A stretch of 64,000 nucleotides of DNA, taken from the NCBI GenBank assembly GCA_044376115.1, contig JBILLK010000028.1, forward strand, positions 1 to 64,000, written 5' to 3'. The DNA comes from Polyangiaceae bacterium. Lineage in GTDB: Bacteria; Myxococcota_A; Polyangia; Polyangiales; Polyangiaceae. The position numbers were made by a program, and so were the translations under genes. Below, piece by piece: positions 19,483 through 28,917 of the stretch. Below the pieces are notes generated by a model that did not search any database, was not told the origin of the DNA, and saw only the letters and a program-made list of their open reading frames with translations. Every line of letters begins with the position of its first letter. Position 1 is the stretch's first letter.

Positions 19483-21672
19483 ATGAGCAAGCGGCGCTTT
19501 GAGCTGAGTGACGGAACCTCCGATAAGTTCTGGGAGGTCGAGGTCGTGGGCACGACGATGACCGTCACCTTCGGCCGCATCGGCACGCAAGGAACAGCCA
19601 AGGACAAGACCTTCAGTTCGAAAGCGGAGGCCGAGAAAGAGGCCACCAAGCTGATCGGCGAAAAGACGAAGAAGGGCTATCAAGCCGCGACTTCCGGCAA
19701 GCCCGCCCCAAGCAAGGCGACTTCCGGCAAGCCCGCACCAAGCAAGGCGACTTCCGGCAAGCCCGCACCAAGCAAGGCCACTTCAAGCAAGGCCGCTTCA
19801 AGCAAGGCCGCTGCACCTACGACCAAGCCTGCGGACAAGGCGAAGGCTGCGGTAAAAGCAAAAGCGGCACCCGAGCCCGCCGAGGCCAAAGCCCCGGCCA
19901 AGACCACCGCAACAAAGTCGACCGTGACGGTCCCCAAAGCCATCCGCGAGCTGCTCGACACCATTGCGACCAAAGAGAAGTGGCTCGTCAAAGAGCTGCG
20001 TGAACCGGCTTCGGCTGAGGCGCTCGCTAAGCTTCGCGAGCTCGACGTGCCCGACGCCTTGCTCGCGCTCTACAGCGTGCACGACGGCACCAAGAACGAG
20101 TTCATGGGGCCGTATCGGCTGTTGCCCGTCGCATCGATCGAGGACGAGCGCACGATGATGAATCAGCTGCTGGCCGATAACCCAGCGTGGGCGAAAGAAG
20201 GCACCTGGGATCGTCGCTGGGTGCCTTTCCTCGCCGATGGTGACGGCCAGTATTACTGCATCGATCCCGGAGGAAGCTGCAATGCAGGCAAACCCGGGCA
20301 GGTGCTGTTCTACGATCACGAGAGCGGTCCGGAGCGTGAGTTCACCTCCTTCGACGCGTTCGTTGGCCTGCTGACCGCCCTCGCAAAAAAAAAGCTGCTC
20401 AGCGAGCGAGCGCGCGAAGACAAGGAGGAGACGATCGAGGCTCTCACCGCCGAGGCCAAAGCCGTGGGTCTGCCCAAGCTGCCACCCAAGCAGCTCAAAG
20501 CGGTACTCCAACAACTCGAAGGCGAAGAAGACGAGCCTGCGCCCAGCGCCGAACAACGGCTCGCGTTGCTAGAGCCGCTCGTGCGGCAATACGGCGCGGA
20601 AGAACAACTTTGGTCGGAATTTGCGACCGCTGCCGCCGAACTCGAGCGTTGGCCGCTGGTGATCGAGGCGGCCTCCACGGCCTATCGCATTGCGCCCAAA
20701 GATTCGAAGCCGTGGCACGTGCCGCAACTCGCGCTGGCCTTGCATCGCACCGGCAAAGATGAAGAGGCGCTGGGCTGGTTGCGCAAGGCCGTGGAGATCG
20801 CCAAGAACCCGAACTCGAGCCGCGTTGGGCTGATTCACCACAAGGTCGAGCCGGCCTTTCGTGCACGCTGTTTGCGGCTGATCACCGAGCTGCACCCGTC
20901 CGATGAAGACGCCTGGATGTTGCTCGGCTCCGAATCGAGCGACCCAGCCGTACGCCAGAAGGCGCTCAAGCAGGTGATCGCGGTGGTGAACGGCATGCGG
21001 TTTGGAGGCTACGCGTTCGACGCCAAGAAGCTGCAGGCGCAGCGGCTGCTCGAGCACGATCGCATCGCAGCTTTTTCGGCCGACGATCGACTCAGTACGC
21101 TACTCGAGTTCGCCGCAAAGGCTGGGAAAGGAAAAGACCCTGGGCTTTGGACCGAAGCAGCTGCAGCGGCGATCGAGCTCGGGCAATGGAAGGACGCCGA
21201 GCGAGCCGGCAGCAAGGCCGTCGAGCACAGCTACGACTTCCAGCGCGACAAGGTCTGTCAGCTACAAGTGCGGGCCCTGTTCGAACTTGGCCGCGAAAAA
21301 GACGCTCTCACTGCGCTGCGTGCGTCCCTCGAGCCGTCCTACGGTTTGAACGGTGCTGAGGCGTTCAAAGCCATCCCTTGGCAGGCCGAACGTGAAGCTG
21401 GAAACCTCGAACGCAGCGCGAAAGCCCGCGCTTTCGAGGACCGTTGCTTCGCCCTGGTCACCGAGCTTTCACCCGACAACCTCGAAGCCTGGAAGTGGCG
21501 TCGCAAGCTCGCGACCGGTGCTGACCGCATTGAGGTGCTCAAACACCTCGACGCTGTCTGCGCCGAAGCACCGAGCAAGCAGGTGGATGGCGAGCCGTAC
21601 TACGCGGAGGAGGACTTAGCTGAGTTTGCGCGGCTTCATGCCGAAGTGCGCGCCGAACTCGAGCGAGCGTAG
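19483..21672 (+). CDS. WGR-domain / SMI1-KNR4 / TPR-like protein
   Basis: SDKFWEV...TFGRIGTQG WGR domain; ALYSVHDG...WDRRWVPFLADGDGQYYCID..GQV SMI1/KNR4 domain; helical C-terminus. Confidence 0.85.
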   Translation: MSKRRFELSDGTSDKFWEVEVVGTTMTVTFGRIGTQGTAKDKTFSSKAEAEKEATKLIGEKTKKGYQAATSGKPAPSKATSGKPAPSKATSGKPAPSKATSSKAASSKAAAPTTKPADKAKAAVKAKAAPEPAEAKAPAKTTATKSTVTVPKAIRELLDTIATKEKWLVKELREPASAEALAKLRELDVPDALLALYSVHDGTKNEFMGPYRLLPVASIEDERTMMNQLLADNPAWAKEGTWDRRWVPFLADGDGQYYCIDPGGSCNAGKPGQVLFYDHESGPEREFTSFDAFVGLLTALAKKKLLSERAREDKEETIEALTAEAKAVGLPKLPPKQLKAVLQQLEGEEDEPAPSAEQRLALLEPLVRQYGAEEQLWSEFATAAAELERWPLVIEAASTAYRIAPKDSKPWHVPQLALALHRTGKDEEALGWLRKAVEIAKNPNSSRVGLIHHKVEPAFRARCLRLITELHPSDEDAWMLLGSESSDPAVRQKALKQVIAVVNGMRFGGYAFDAKKLQAQRLLEHDRIAAFSADDRLSTLLEFAAKAGKGKDPGLWTEAAAAAIELGQWKDAERAGSKAVEHSYDFQRDKVCQLQVRALFELGREKDALTALRASLEPSYGLNGAEAFKAIPWQAEREAGNLERSAKARAFEDRCFALVTELSPDNLEAWKWRRKLATGADRIEVLKHLDAVCAEAPSKQVDGEPYYAEEDLAEFARLHAEVRAELERA
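19687..19776 (+). repeat. Coding 30-nt tandem repeat x3 (ATSGKPAPSK)
   Basis: Near-identical units in the WGR-SMI1 linker. Confidence 0.9.
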
Positions 21673-21676
21673 TTGC

Positions 21677-22126
21677 TCAGCCCTGCTGCCAGGAGAAGCG
21701 CCACTCACGATAGAGCTGGGCGGCGCCGCCCTCGGCGAACTCTTTTGCAACCTCGGCGGGCAGCTCACTCCAAGGGATACGCTTGATCGCGCGATCCAGC
21801 TCGCCGTTCTCAAAGCGAACTTCCAGCCGCAAATCCGCGAAGCCCTGCTGATCCAGCGCGCGCTCGTAGACGAGCTCGACACGCTGCACCGCCTCTTCGA
21901 TCTTGGTCACGATCTCCGCGTCGGGAGCAGAGGCGAGCGAGGCCGTCACATCGCGCGGCTCTTCTTTCAGCCGCTCGGCGAGCAAACGGCCGAGCTCCTC
22001 GTGGATCCAATTCACTAGCTGCGGACTTACGGATTGCACCGGCGCCACCACCTTCTTGGAGAAGAGCCTTCGGGCTACGAAGAAGAGCGCGATGAAGAGA
22101 CCTGCACCCGCGAGAAGCTCGAGCAT
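21677..22126 (-). CDS. Hypothetical membrane-anchored protein
   Basis: N-terminal TM helix; host-like codon usage. Confidence 0.65.
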   Translation of the reverse strand: MLELLAGAGLFIALFFVARRLFSKKVVAPVQSVSPQLVNWIHEELGRLLAERLKEEPRDVTASLASAPDAEIVTKIEEAVQRVELVYERALDQQGFADLRLEVRFENGELDRAIKRIPWSELPAEVAKEFAEGGAAQLYREWRFSWQQG

Positions 22127-22167
22127 GATGGGCCTAGGGTGACGCGCTCTTTCAACAGACGCAAGGC

Positions 22168-23373
22168 TCAGCCCACCGGGCCCGAACGAAACGGGTGCGC
22201 ATCCCTCAGCTTACGCGGCACAAGACCGAGCCCTCGCGTGGCTACGAGACCACCAATCCCAGCGCAGACCACAGCGGCCTGTGCGAGCCCACCGATCACT
22301 GGGACCAGCCCTGCGACCATGAACAGCGCCGCACCGACGGCGAGCTGCACATACACGTTCTTGCTCTTGTGACCGTACACAGCTCCACCGATCACGATGA
22401 AGGTGCTCGCCGTCGCCGAAAAGACCAATAGCAGCGCGACCAGCGCCCCTAGCGCAGCCACTGGAATGCCCACGATGGTGATGGCGATCAGCGCCAACAC
22501 TAAGAGCGAGCCAAAGAAGCCAACCACGCCCAACGCGATCGACTTCATCGGGCGCTCGGCGATCGAGGCGCGCAGCTTGTCGGCGCGTTCACCCGCGAGC
22601 GCGGTGAAGATGCAGCCAATGATGAAGAGCATGGCCGCGTTGCGCAGGCTCTCCGAAACGCGATGCACCGCCCGCGTAGCGAAGCTCGCTTTGTTGGGGC
22701 CCTCGGAAGGGTCGAGCTTGACCGAGCCTTCGATCTTGGCGCTGTCCAAGCCCTCGACGCTACCGCCGAGCACCGTTACATCGCCCTCGAGTTGAGCGCC
22801 CGGCTCGAGCTCGATGCGACCGCCCGTCACGCTGACGTCGCCCTCCACGATGGCCGTCTCAGCAACCTTGGCGTTACCGCCAATCACCGAGAGATCGCCG
22901 GTCACCCGGCCCTCGATGCGGACGTTGCCGCCCATCACCGAGACGTTGTGCACGACCTCGTCTTTGCCGATGCGCATCGAATCACCGAGCACCTCGACGT
23001 CGCGTTCTTTCTTCGCCTTGGGGCGCTCTTTGGCGGGGGCCTCACTCGGTTCTGCGGCGCGCACGGTGACGATGTTGCCGTCGCGAACAGCGACCCACGA
23101 ACCCTTGGCCAAGAGCACCGCGAGCACGCGATCGGCGGGCTCATTTTCGATTTGCAGGTCCATCAGCTCGTCCCCGAGATCGGGCGAAACCACGCTGAAC
23201 CCAGCCTCTTTGGCCAGCGCTCGGAGCGCCTCTCCGCGATTGACGGCGCGCAACTCGAGCGAGACCGACTTCTGATCTTCCCACGTTCCCTCGAGCCGAA
23301 CCTCCGCCGCAGCGGGCTGCGCCGCGAGCAGTGCCAAGCTCAAAACCGACCCGAGAACCAGTGCGCGTTTCAT
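22168..23373 (-). CDS. Membrane protein with STN-like and bactofilin-like (polymer-forming) domains
   Basis: Signal peptide; repeated V.GDVSV.GG beta-helix units; several C-terminal TM helices; coupled to anti-sigma gene. Confidence 0.75.
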   Translation of the reverse strand: MKRALVLGSVLSLALLAAQPAAAEVRLEGTWEDQKSVSLELRAVNRGEALRALAKEAGFSVVSPDLGDELMDLQIENEPADRVLAVLLAKGSWVAVRDGNIVTVRAAEPSEAPAKERPKAKKERDVEVLGDSMRIGKDEVVHNVSVMGGNVRIEGRVTGDLSVIGGNAKVAETAIVEGDVSVTGGRIELEPGAQLEGDVTVLGGSVEGLDSAKIEGSVKLDPSEGPNKASFATRAVHRVSESLRNAAMLFIIGCIFTALAGERADKLRASIAERPMKSIALGVVGFFGSLLVLALIAITIVGIPVAALGALVALLLVFSATASTFIVIGGAVYGHKSKNVYVQLAVGAALFMVAGLVPVIGGLAQAAVVCAGIGGLVATRGLGLVPRKLRDAHPFRSGPVG

Positions 23374-23882
23374 CCGTTTACTTCTCCCGCCGAGAGTCGC
23401 CGAAGTGGAACCAACACCAAGAAACACAAGACCACCGCAGCACAGGTCGCTGCGAAGAGCGCCGTCGAGCTCGTGAGCGCAACCCAGATCGGCTGCACCA
23501 TGCGCTCGAGGCCGTTCAAAAAGAGCCGCCAGTGACCCACGCGAGCGGGCCACTGCCCGAGCGCCGGCAACGAGGCCAAGGTGGCCACCGCGATCCCCAG
23601 GCTGAGCGGCAACCAGGGCAAGGAGCGCTCGCTCGCGTGAGCCAACGCCAGCTGCGGTTCGGCTTGCAGCGCGATCGACTGATCCACCTCCAGCGCGCGC
23701 AGCGCAAACTCGGCCACACGCTCGCTGCAGTCTGCGCAATGCTCCGCATGCTCAGCCAACTCGAGCGGCAGCCCATCGAGCTGCAAGTCCGCCAAGAGTT
23801 GCACCGCGAGCGCTGAAAGATGGCCGTCGTGCATCAGACCCAGCTCCGAGTCTGCCTGCGCCGGCTTGTTTGCCTCAGCCAT
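23370..23882 (-). CDS. Putative zinc-binding anti-sigma factor
   Basis: HAEHCADC (HxxxCxxC-like) followed by two TM segments; directly after ECF sigma gene. Confidence 0.75.
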   Translation of the reverse strand: MAEANKPAQADSELGLMHDGHLSALAVQLLADLQLDGLPLELAEHAEHCADCSERVAEFALRALEVDQSIALQAEPQLALAHASERSLPWLPLSLGIAVATLASLPALGQWPARVGHWRLFLNGLERMVQPIWVALTSSTALFAATCAAVVLCFLVLVPLRRLSAGEVNG

Positions 23883-24495
23883 GATTGACCTCTCGTTCCG
23901 ACTCCATGGTCTTTGCAATTTCGCTGCGTCCGCGTGAGACCCAGGTCGCCACAGTGCCCAGCGAAACGCCGAGCTCCTGCGCGATCTCGGCGTAGGACTT
24001 GCCCTCGAGATGGAAGGCCAAGAGAGCCCGCTTGGGCCCTTCGGCGAGTTGGCTCATCGCCGTTTGCAGCCGCGCCACCGTCTGCCTTTGACTGGCCGCC
24101 TGCTCTGGATTGACCGTCTCGTCACCGAGATCGGCTAGCACCTCGTCGGCGTCGCTATCCACCGCGCGAGCTCGCTCGCGACGCCGAGATCGACCGCGGT
24201 CGATCGCCACGTGTTTGGCGATGCCGGTGAGCCAGGGGCCAAGCGCTGCTCCCGGTTGCAGCCGCGCTTGGCCCTCGACCGCTCGTTTCAACGTTTCGGC
24301 CACACAATCTTCGACTTCGCTGTCATGCAGCGGTAGCCGCAGCACCTTCGCGCAAACTGCGCGGATCAGCGGCCTCGCCGCCATGAACGGCTGGCCCTGC
24401 GGCTGCGTCCGCTCCGTCGCGTTCGCGCGCTCCCCAGCTGTTGCTGCGGCCGGTTTCATCCGGGCCGAGAGGTTGAGAGGCTGCGCGACCACCAT
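23875..24495 (-). CDS. ECF RNA polymerase sigma factor
   Basis: EDCVAET...WLTGIAKHVAID region 2; GKSYAEIAQELGVSLGTVATWVSRGR region 4. Confidence 0.93.
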   Translation of the reverse strand: MVVAQPLNLSARMKPAAATAGERANATERTQPQGQPFMAARPLIRAVCAKVLRLPLHDSEVEDCVAETLKRAVEGQARLQPGAALGPWLTGIAKHVAIDRGRSRRRERARAVDSDADEVLADLGDETVNPEQAASQRQTVARLQTAMSQLAEGPKRALLAFHLEGKSYAEIAQELGVSLGTVATWVSRGRSEIAKTMESEREVNHG

Positions 24496-24529
24496 CTGCC
24501 TCTTCTTCGATCCGAGTGGGGTGAAAATT

Positions 24530-25714
24530 TCACTCTTTTCGACGCCAGACCGTTCCGCGATCTTTATCGAGCCAGTAGACCCAGCCGTCCATCACCTGAA
24601 CCCAGTCGGGATTGCCGCGTTCTTTGGCGAAAAACTCACCGCCGCACTTGCCGGAGAGGGCGGCGCGCAGGACGTAGCCGGAGTTCGGGTGGGTGAGGTA
24701 GGCGTACTTTTCGCTCACCGCGAGGTTCATCCCCGGCGGCCGCGCCCGCTCGATATCGGAGAAGCTTGCGAGCGCCTGGGGCTCTCCCCCCTTCGCGTCG
24801 ACCTTGAACAGGCGCGGGCCACCGTCGGCGCTGCCGCTTCCGTAGTAGAACACCGTGTCGCTACCGTTGGTCGCGAGCAGCCGAAGATCCTGGTAGCCAA
24901 AGGCAAAGCGTAGGAGCGAGGAGTTGGCCACCCCATCGAAGCGGTTGGGCCGCTCGAGCAACACGGAGTGAACCTGGCCCGCCGAGGGCTCGATGAACAC
25001 CCGGTCTTGAAGCATCGCCACGCCCGAGTCGGTACCAACGGCGTCTTCCCCGACTTTGACGGCCGGCTTTCCGCTGCCGCGCTCGACTAAGTACAGGTTT
25101 CCAGACTCCCAACCCCCACCCTCGGGATGAGCGGTGCGCACCACGATCGCGATGTGGCTCGCATTCGCGGCGATCGACGCTGGGCACTTACCCGACAAGA
25201 GCGTCTCGACCTTGCCGCCCTTACGAGGGACGACGTGCACGTTGCCGGTGCACGTCGTGCTGTACGACTGCTTGGCCAGGATGAAGAGGTCGTCCCCTTG
25301 CGCGTAGAGCTCGCTGAGCGGAAAGGGCGTGACGGTGCGCAACAGCATGGTGGGCTTCTCACCCACGCGCTGACGCCAGATCGAGCGGCCGTTGGACCAG
25401 TAGAGTTCTCCGTCGTAAGCGACGAAGCTTGTGGCTCCTTCGGAGTCGGCGGCCTTCTGAATCTCCCCCTCGGGCGGTGGACAAGGCCAAGCCGAGGGCA
25501 GCGTGAGCTCGTTCGGGTTGAGCGGCGCGGTGCTTGCGCTCGGCGCGATGGGCGCGCTTGCAACTGGAGCCGCAGCGGTAACCGATGGGTGCGCGGATAC
25601 GGCCGGCGGCGGCTTGGCCGACGCGAGCGGGGCGCGCTGAGGTTCGGCCGCACCGCACGCAACGAGCAACGGCAACAGCGCGAAAGACCCTGCCCGAAGA
25701 ATGCCGGCAAACAC
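24530..25714 (-). CDS. Lipoprotein, probable beta-propeller
   Basis: LVAC lipobox; Pro/Ala linker; LYW/VYW blade-like repeats. Confidence 0.65.
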   Translation of the reverse strand: MFAGILRAGSFALLPLLVACGAAEPQRAPLASAKPPPAVSAHPSVTAAAPVASAPIAPSASTAPLNPNELTLPSAWPCPPPEGEIQKAADSEGATSFVAYDGELYWSNGRSIWRQRVGEKPTMLLRTVTPFPLSELYAQGDDLFILAKQSYSTTCTGNVHVVPRKGGKVETLLSGKCPASIAANASHIAIVVRTAHPEGGGWESGNLYLVERGSGKPAVKVGEDAVGTDSGVAMLQDRVFIEPSAGQVHSVLLERPNRFDGVANSSLLRFAFGYQDLRLLATNGSDTVFYYGSGSADGGPRLFKVDAKGGEPQALASFSDIERARPPGMNLAVSEKYAYLTHPNSGYVLRAALSGKCGGEFFAKERGNPDWVQVMDGWVYWLDKDRGTVWRRKE

Positions 25715-25766
25715 CGCCCGAGCCTATCAGACGCCAACGCGAGCGCGTGGGCGCTATGCTGCCGCG

Positions 25767-26477
25767 ATGCGTTCAGCACAGCTCGTGATCTCGGGTCTCT
25801 TGGCGTTGGTTGCGATGGTGGCGTGCGGCGGAGCTCCCTCGCCGACGACCAGCACCGCTGATGCGAAGGCGGGCGATGCAACGCCTACGGCCGCGCCAAC
25901 CGCTTTGCCCGAGACGCAAGCGACGGCGTCAGCGGCGCCATCAACGCCCGCAACGCCTACCGCGGTAGCGAGCGCCAAGCCGGCCGATAGCGCCAAACCG
26001 GCCGATAGCGCCAAGCCCGCTGATAGCGCCAAACCGAGCGAGCCCGCAGCCGTCGCAAAAGAGCCCAACGCGCTCGTGCTCGAGCCCAACTTCGTGATGC
26101 GCGGAGGAGGCAAGGTCGCCCCCGAAACGGTGGCCGAATTGCAGAAGGCGTTCACTGCCGCAGTCAACGCCTCGCCCAAGCTCGCCCTCGCCGGGTCCGG
26201 CGCACCAGCGGCTCGCAGCGTCGTCGCGACCTTCCTGCTCGATACGCCAACCACTGACGCCAAGGGCCTCACTGTGAAGATGAGCTTCACCGGCATCGAG
26301 TCGGTCGGGAAGTGCCCGGTCTTCGATCTCAATCAGAACCTGACCATGAGCGGCGGTAAGAACACGCCTGCCGACGTGCTCGAATTGCAGAAGGCCGCGG
26401 TCGCTTCCTTGCTCAAGAAGCTCGAGCCCACCGCTTCCACGCTCAAGCCCAAAGCCAACTGCACTGCGACCAAGTAG
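25767..26477 (+). CDS. Hypothetical lipoprotein
   Basis: MVAC lipobox; SAKPAD repeats. Confidence 0.7.
   Translation: MRSAQLVISGLLALVAMVACGGAPSPTTSTADAKAGDATPTAAPTALPETQATASAAPSTPATPTAVASAKPADSAKPADSAKPADSAKPSEPAAVAKEPNALVLEPNFVMRGGGKVAPETVAELQKAFTAAVNASPKLALAGSGAPAARSVVATFLLDTPTTDAKGLTVKMSFTGIESVGKCPVFDLNQNLTMSGGKNTPADVLELQKAAVASLLKKLEPTASTLKPKANCTATK
25971..26036 (+). repeat. Coding 18-nt tandem repeat (SAKPAD) x3 plus partial
   Basis: Seen directly in the lipoprotein linker. Confidence 0.85.
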
Positions 26478-26546
26478 CCGCGGCCGAAGCGCCGCGAACG
26501 AGCACGCGAGCCGCCTAGCCGAGCTGAGGCTTCACTCGAAGCGCGG

Positions 26547-27143
26547 TTACAAACTCGCGCCGCGCTGCAACTTGCTGAAGTGGTGGTGGTCCGGCGCGTC
26601 CGGCCAAAGGCCGCCCCAATCCCAACCAAAGCGCCGGAAGGTCTCGAGCACCACGCCTCCTTCCACGATCATCCCCGGGCGCACGTCGCTGCGATCGAGG
26701 AAGGCCTGCCCAGCGCTCGGTTGCACGAGGCCCGGGCGCACCCACGGATTTTGCACCGGGTTGAGATCGATCGCCATCCCCAGTCCGTGATGTGAAGGCT
26801 TGCTCGTCCCGGCGATCAGTCGGAAGTTGAAGGCCGAACAATTGTTGGCCGCCATCGAGCGCTCGTCATCCGCGCCAAACGCCTCGATCGGCTGCATGCT
26901 CTGCAACGGGAAGCGCGCGTTGAACAGCTGCTCGAAGATGGCCACCGTCTCTTCGGCGATGCGTTCGTGCACCACCAGCTCGCCGCGCTGGAGCGCTCCA
27001 TCGAAGTCCCAAAAGCCGAGCTCGACGAGCCGCAGCGAATCAAATGCCGGACAGCCCGGTTCCTCTTTCCAACACACGCCGCGCATCGCTTGCCGACGCT
27101 CGGAGCTGATGGTGCGGATCGCCGAATGGAACGCTGTACTCAT
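26547..27143 (-). CDS. M15 family metallopeptidase (D,D-carboxypeptidase/endopeptidase-like)
   Basis: NCSAFNFR, SHHGLGMAIDLNP, WDWGG.W..DHHHF. Confidence 0.9.
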   Translation of the reverse strand: MSTAFHSAIRTISSERRQAMRGVCWKEEPGCPAFDSLRLVELGFWDFDGALQRGELVVHERIAEETVAIFEQLFNARFPLQSMQPIEAFGADDERSMAANNCSAFNFRLIAGTSKPSHHGLGMAIDLNPVQNPWVRPGLVQPSAGQAFLDRSDVRPGMIVEGGVVLETFRRFGWDWGGLWPDAPDHHHFSKLQRGASL

Positions 27144-27230
27144 ATCGACCGTGATGCCACAAAACGCAGACAGGCGTGAGAAACAACTCTCACGCCTGCT
27201 GCAGCCACCTTCGTGGACTTGGGACCTAGC

Positions 27231-28871
27231 TCAGCCTTCTTCGCCGAGGAACTTCTCGGTGGCGTTCTCGATCTTGCAGGTGGTCGGGTTGAGCCGCTTG
27301 GCGTTCGGCTGCGACTTCAGATTGTCGGTCGGGATGAGCATGTTGCTCTCGACCACGTTGGAGTAGGTCTGGGTGAAGGCTGCGCGGTGCTGGCTCATGA
27401 TCGTGAGCAGGTCCACAGCGTAGGCGTCCTTCTCAGCCGTGCCACGGGCGTTGCAGGCCTTGATGTAGGTCTCGACCTTGGCGGTGTGACCGTCGAAGTC
27501 GGTCACCGTCTCGAGGCGTGCCTTCAGACCCTTGGCGCCGCGGAGCGTGGAGGTACCGAGCGCGCTGATCCACTGCGTACGAAGCTCGTCCACCGTGGTC
27601 CAGTTCTTCGGCAAGGTGGCTGCGAGATCGCAACGGGCCTTGGAGAAGGTGGAGACGGTGAAGTCGGTCATCAACACATCGGTGACGACGTCCTTGTTGA
27701 GCAGGTTGCGCGAGACAAGCTCTTGGACGATCTGAAGATCGGCGAAGCTCTTCTGCGGGCTGGACATCGGGAACATCGCGTCGCCCGCTTGGCCACCGAT
27801 CTTCTGGCCGATGGTCTCCAGCGCTTTGACGTAGCTCGCTGAATCAACGCGCACGCTGCTGAGCGAGGGGATCGTCATGTTGACGACGTTGTCGAGACCC
27901 TTCTCAGCGCCGGTGCCGGTGCGCGGCGACTGGAACAAGTTGTTGAGCAGGATCGACGAGGGGAGCATCGAGGAGAAGGTCTCCACTTTGCCGATGCGCT
28001 TGGAGTTCTTCGAGTGAGCCGCAATCATCGAGGGCTCACCGATGTCGCACATCAGCTGCTTCGCGAGAGCACCAACCTTCTTCTCCTTGACGGCTTTGTC
28101 CACGCGACCCTTGGCGGCCGCCTTGGTACCAGCGATCACGAGTAGCTCCAGATCGTCAGCGCGCTTCACCTGGCTGAAGAGCCGGTTGAACAGCGCTTGA
28201 TCGCTACCCGGGTTGGGCATCGAGAACCAGGTGGAGCCCCAGTTGGCCCAGGAATCATGAAGCTCCTTCATCAGCGGACCGCCGGTGGTGTGGCAGTCAA
28301 TGCAACCAAACGCAGCCGGCGCACCATTGGCCGGTCCGTCCGTCTTGACCTGGGAGCCGTCGCCCTCCTGAACCCACTGGCCGTCGGAGAGATCGTAGTA
28401 GGCGTAGGCCTGCTTGGCCTCGTTGAACGCCATGATCTCGATGAAGGTCTCGCTGATGCCTTCACCGCTGCCGAGCGTGCTGATGAACATCTTCTCGGCC
28501 TTACCGTCCCCGGTGTCCACCGCGATGACGAAGCGGAACGGTGTGGCCTTGCCCTCGTTCAGATCGCCCTCTTCGCTCACCACGAACACGTTGGTCTTGA
28601 GCTTGGTGTCAGCGGCGAGCACGTCGAGCACGCCGGTGAGGGTGGTGGGGCACTTACCGTCTTTGCCCTTGGTCTTTTGAACCTTGTTTTTGACCAAGAT
28701 CGAGCAGCCGCCTGCCAGAACCGTCTTGGCAAACGGGTCGTTGATAGCCGCCGTGGCGTCCTGCTCGTCCCCCTCGACCGGATCGCTCTCGCTTTCACAA
28801 CCGGGAGCTGCAGCCATGATTGCTGCGAGACCACTGACAAGCAGGGAGCGGGAGATGAAACTCGTTTTCAT
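27231..28871 (-). CDS. Large mono-heme c-type cytochrome lipoprotein (paralog A)
   Basis: Signal peptide ending APGC; single CIDCH at 28290-28304; GAGGA SD before ATG 28871. Confidence 0.7.
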   Translation of the reverse strand: MKTSFISRSLLVSGLAAIMAAAPGCESESDPVEGDEQDATAAINDPFAKTVLAGGCSILVKNKVQKTKGKDGKCPTTLTGVLDVLAADTKLKTNVFVVSEEGDLNEGKATPFRFVIAVDTGDGKAEKMFISTLGSGEGISETFIEIMAFNEAKQAYAYYDLSDGQWVQEGDGSQVKTDGPANGAPAAFGCIDCHTTGGPLMKELHDSWANWGSTWFSMPNPGSDQALFNRLFSQVKRADDLELLVIAGTKAAAKGRVDKAVKEKKVGALAKQLMCDIGEPSMIAAHSKNSKRIGKVETFSSMLPSSILLNNLFQSPRTGTGAEKGLDNVVNMTIPSLSSVRVDSASYVKALETIGQKIGGQAGDAMFPMSSPQKSFADLQIVQELVSRNLLNKDVVTDVLMTDFTVSTFSKARCDLAATLPKNWTTVDELRTQWISALGTSTLRGAKGLKARLETVTDFDGHTAKVETYIKACNARGTAEKDAYAVDLLTIMSQHRAAFTQTYSNVVESNMLIPTDNLKSQPNAKRLNPTTCKIENATEKFLGEEG

Positions 28872-28917
28872 TGGGTATTCCTCGGAGATTGAGCAGAACG
28901 AAAGGGGAATTTGTTGC

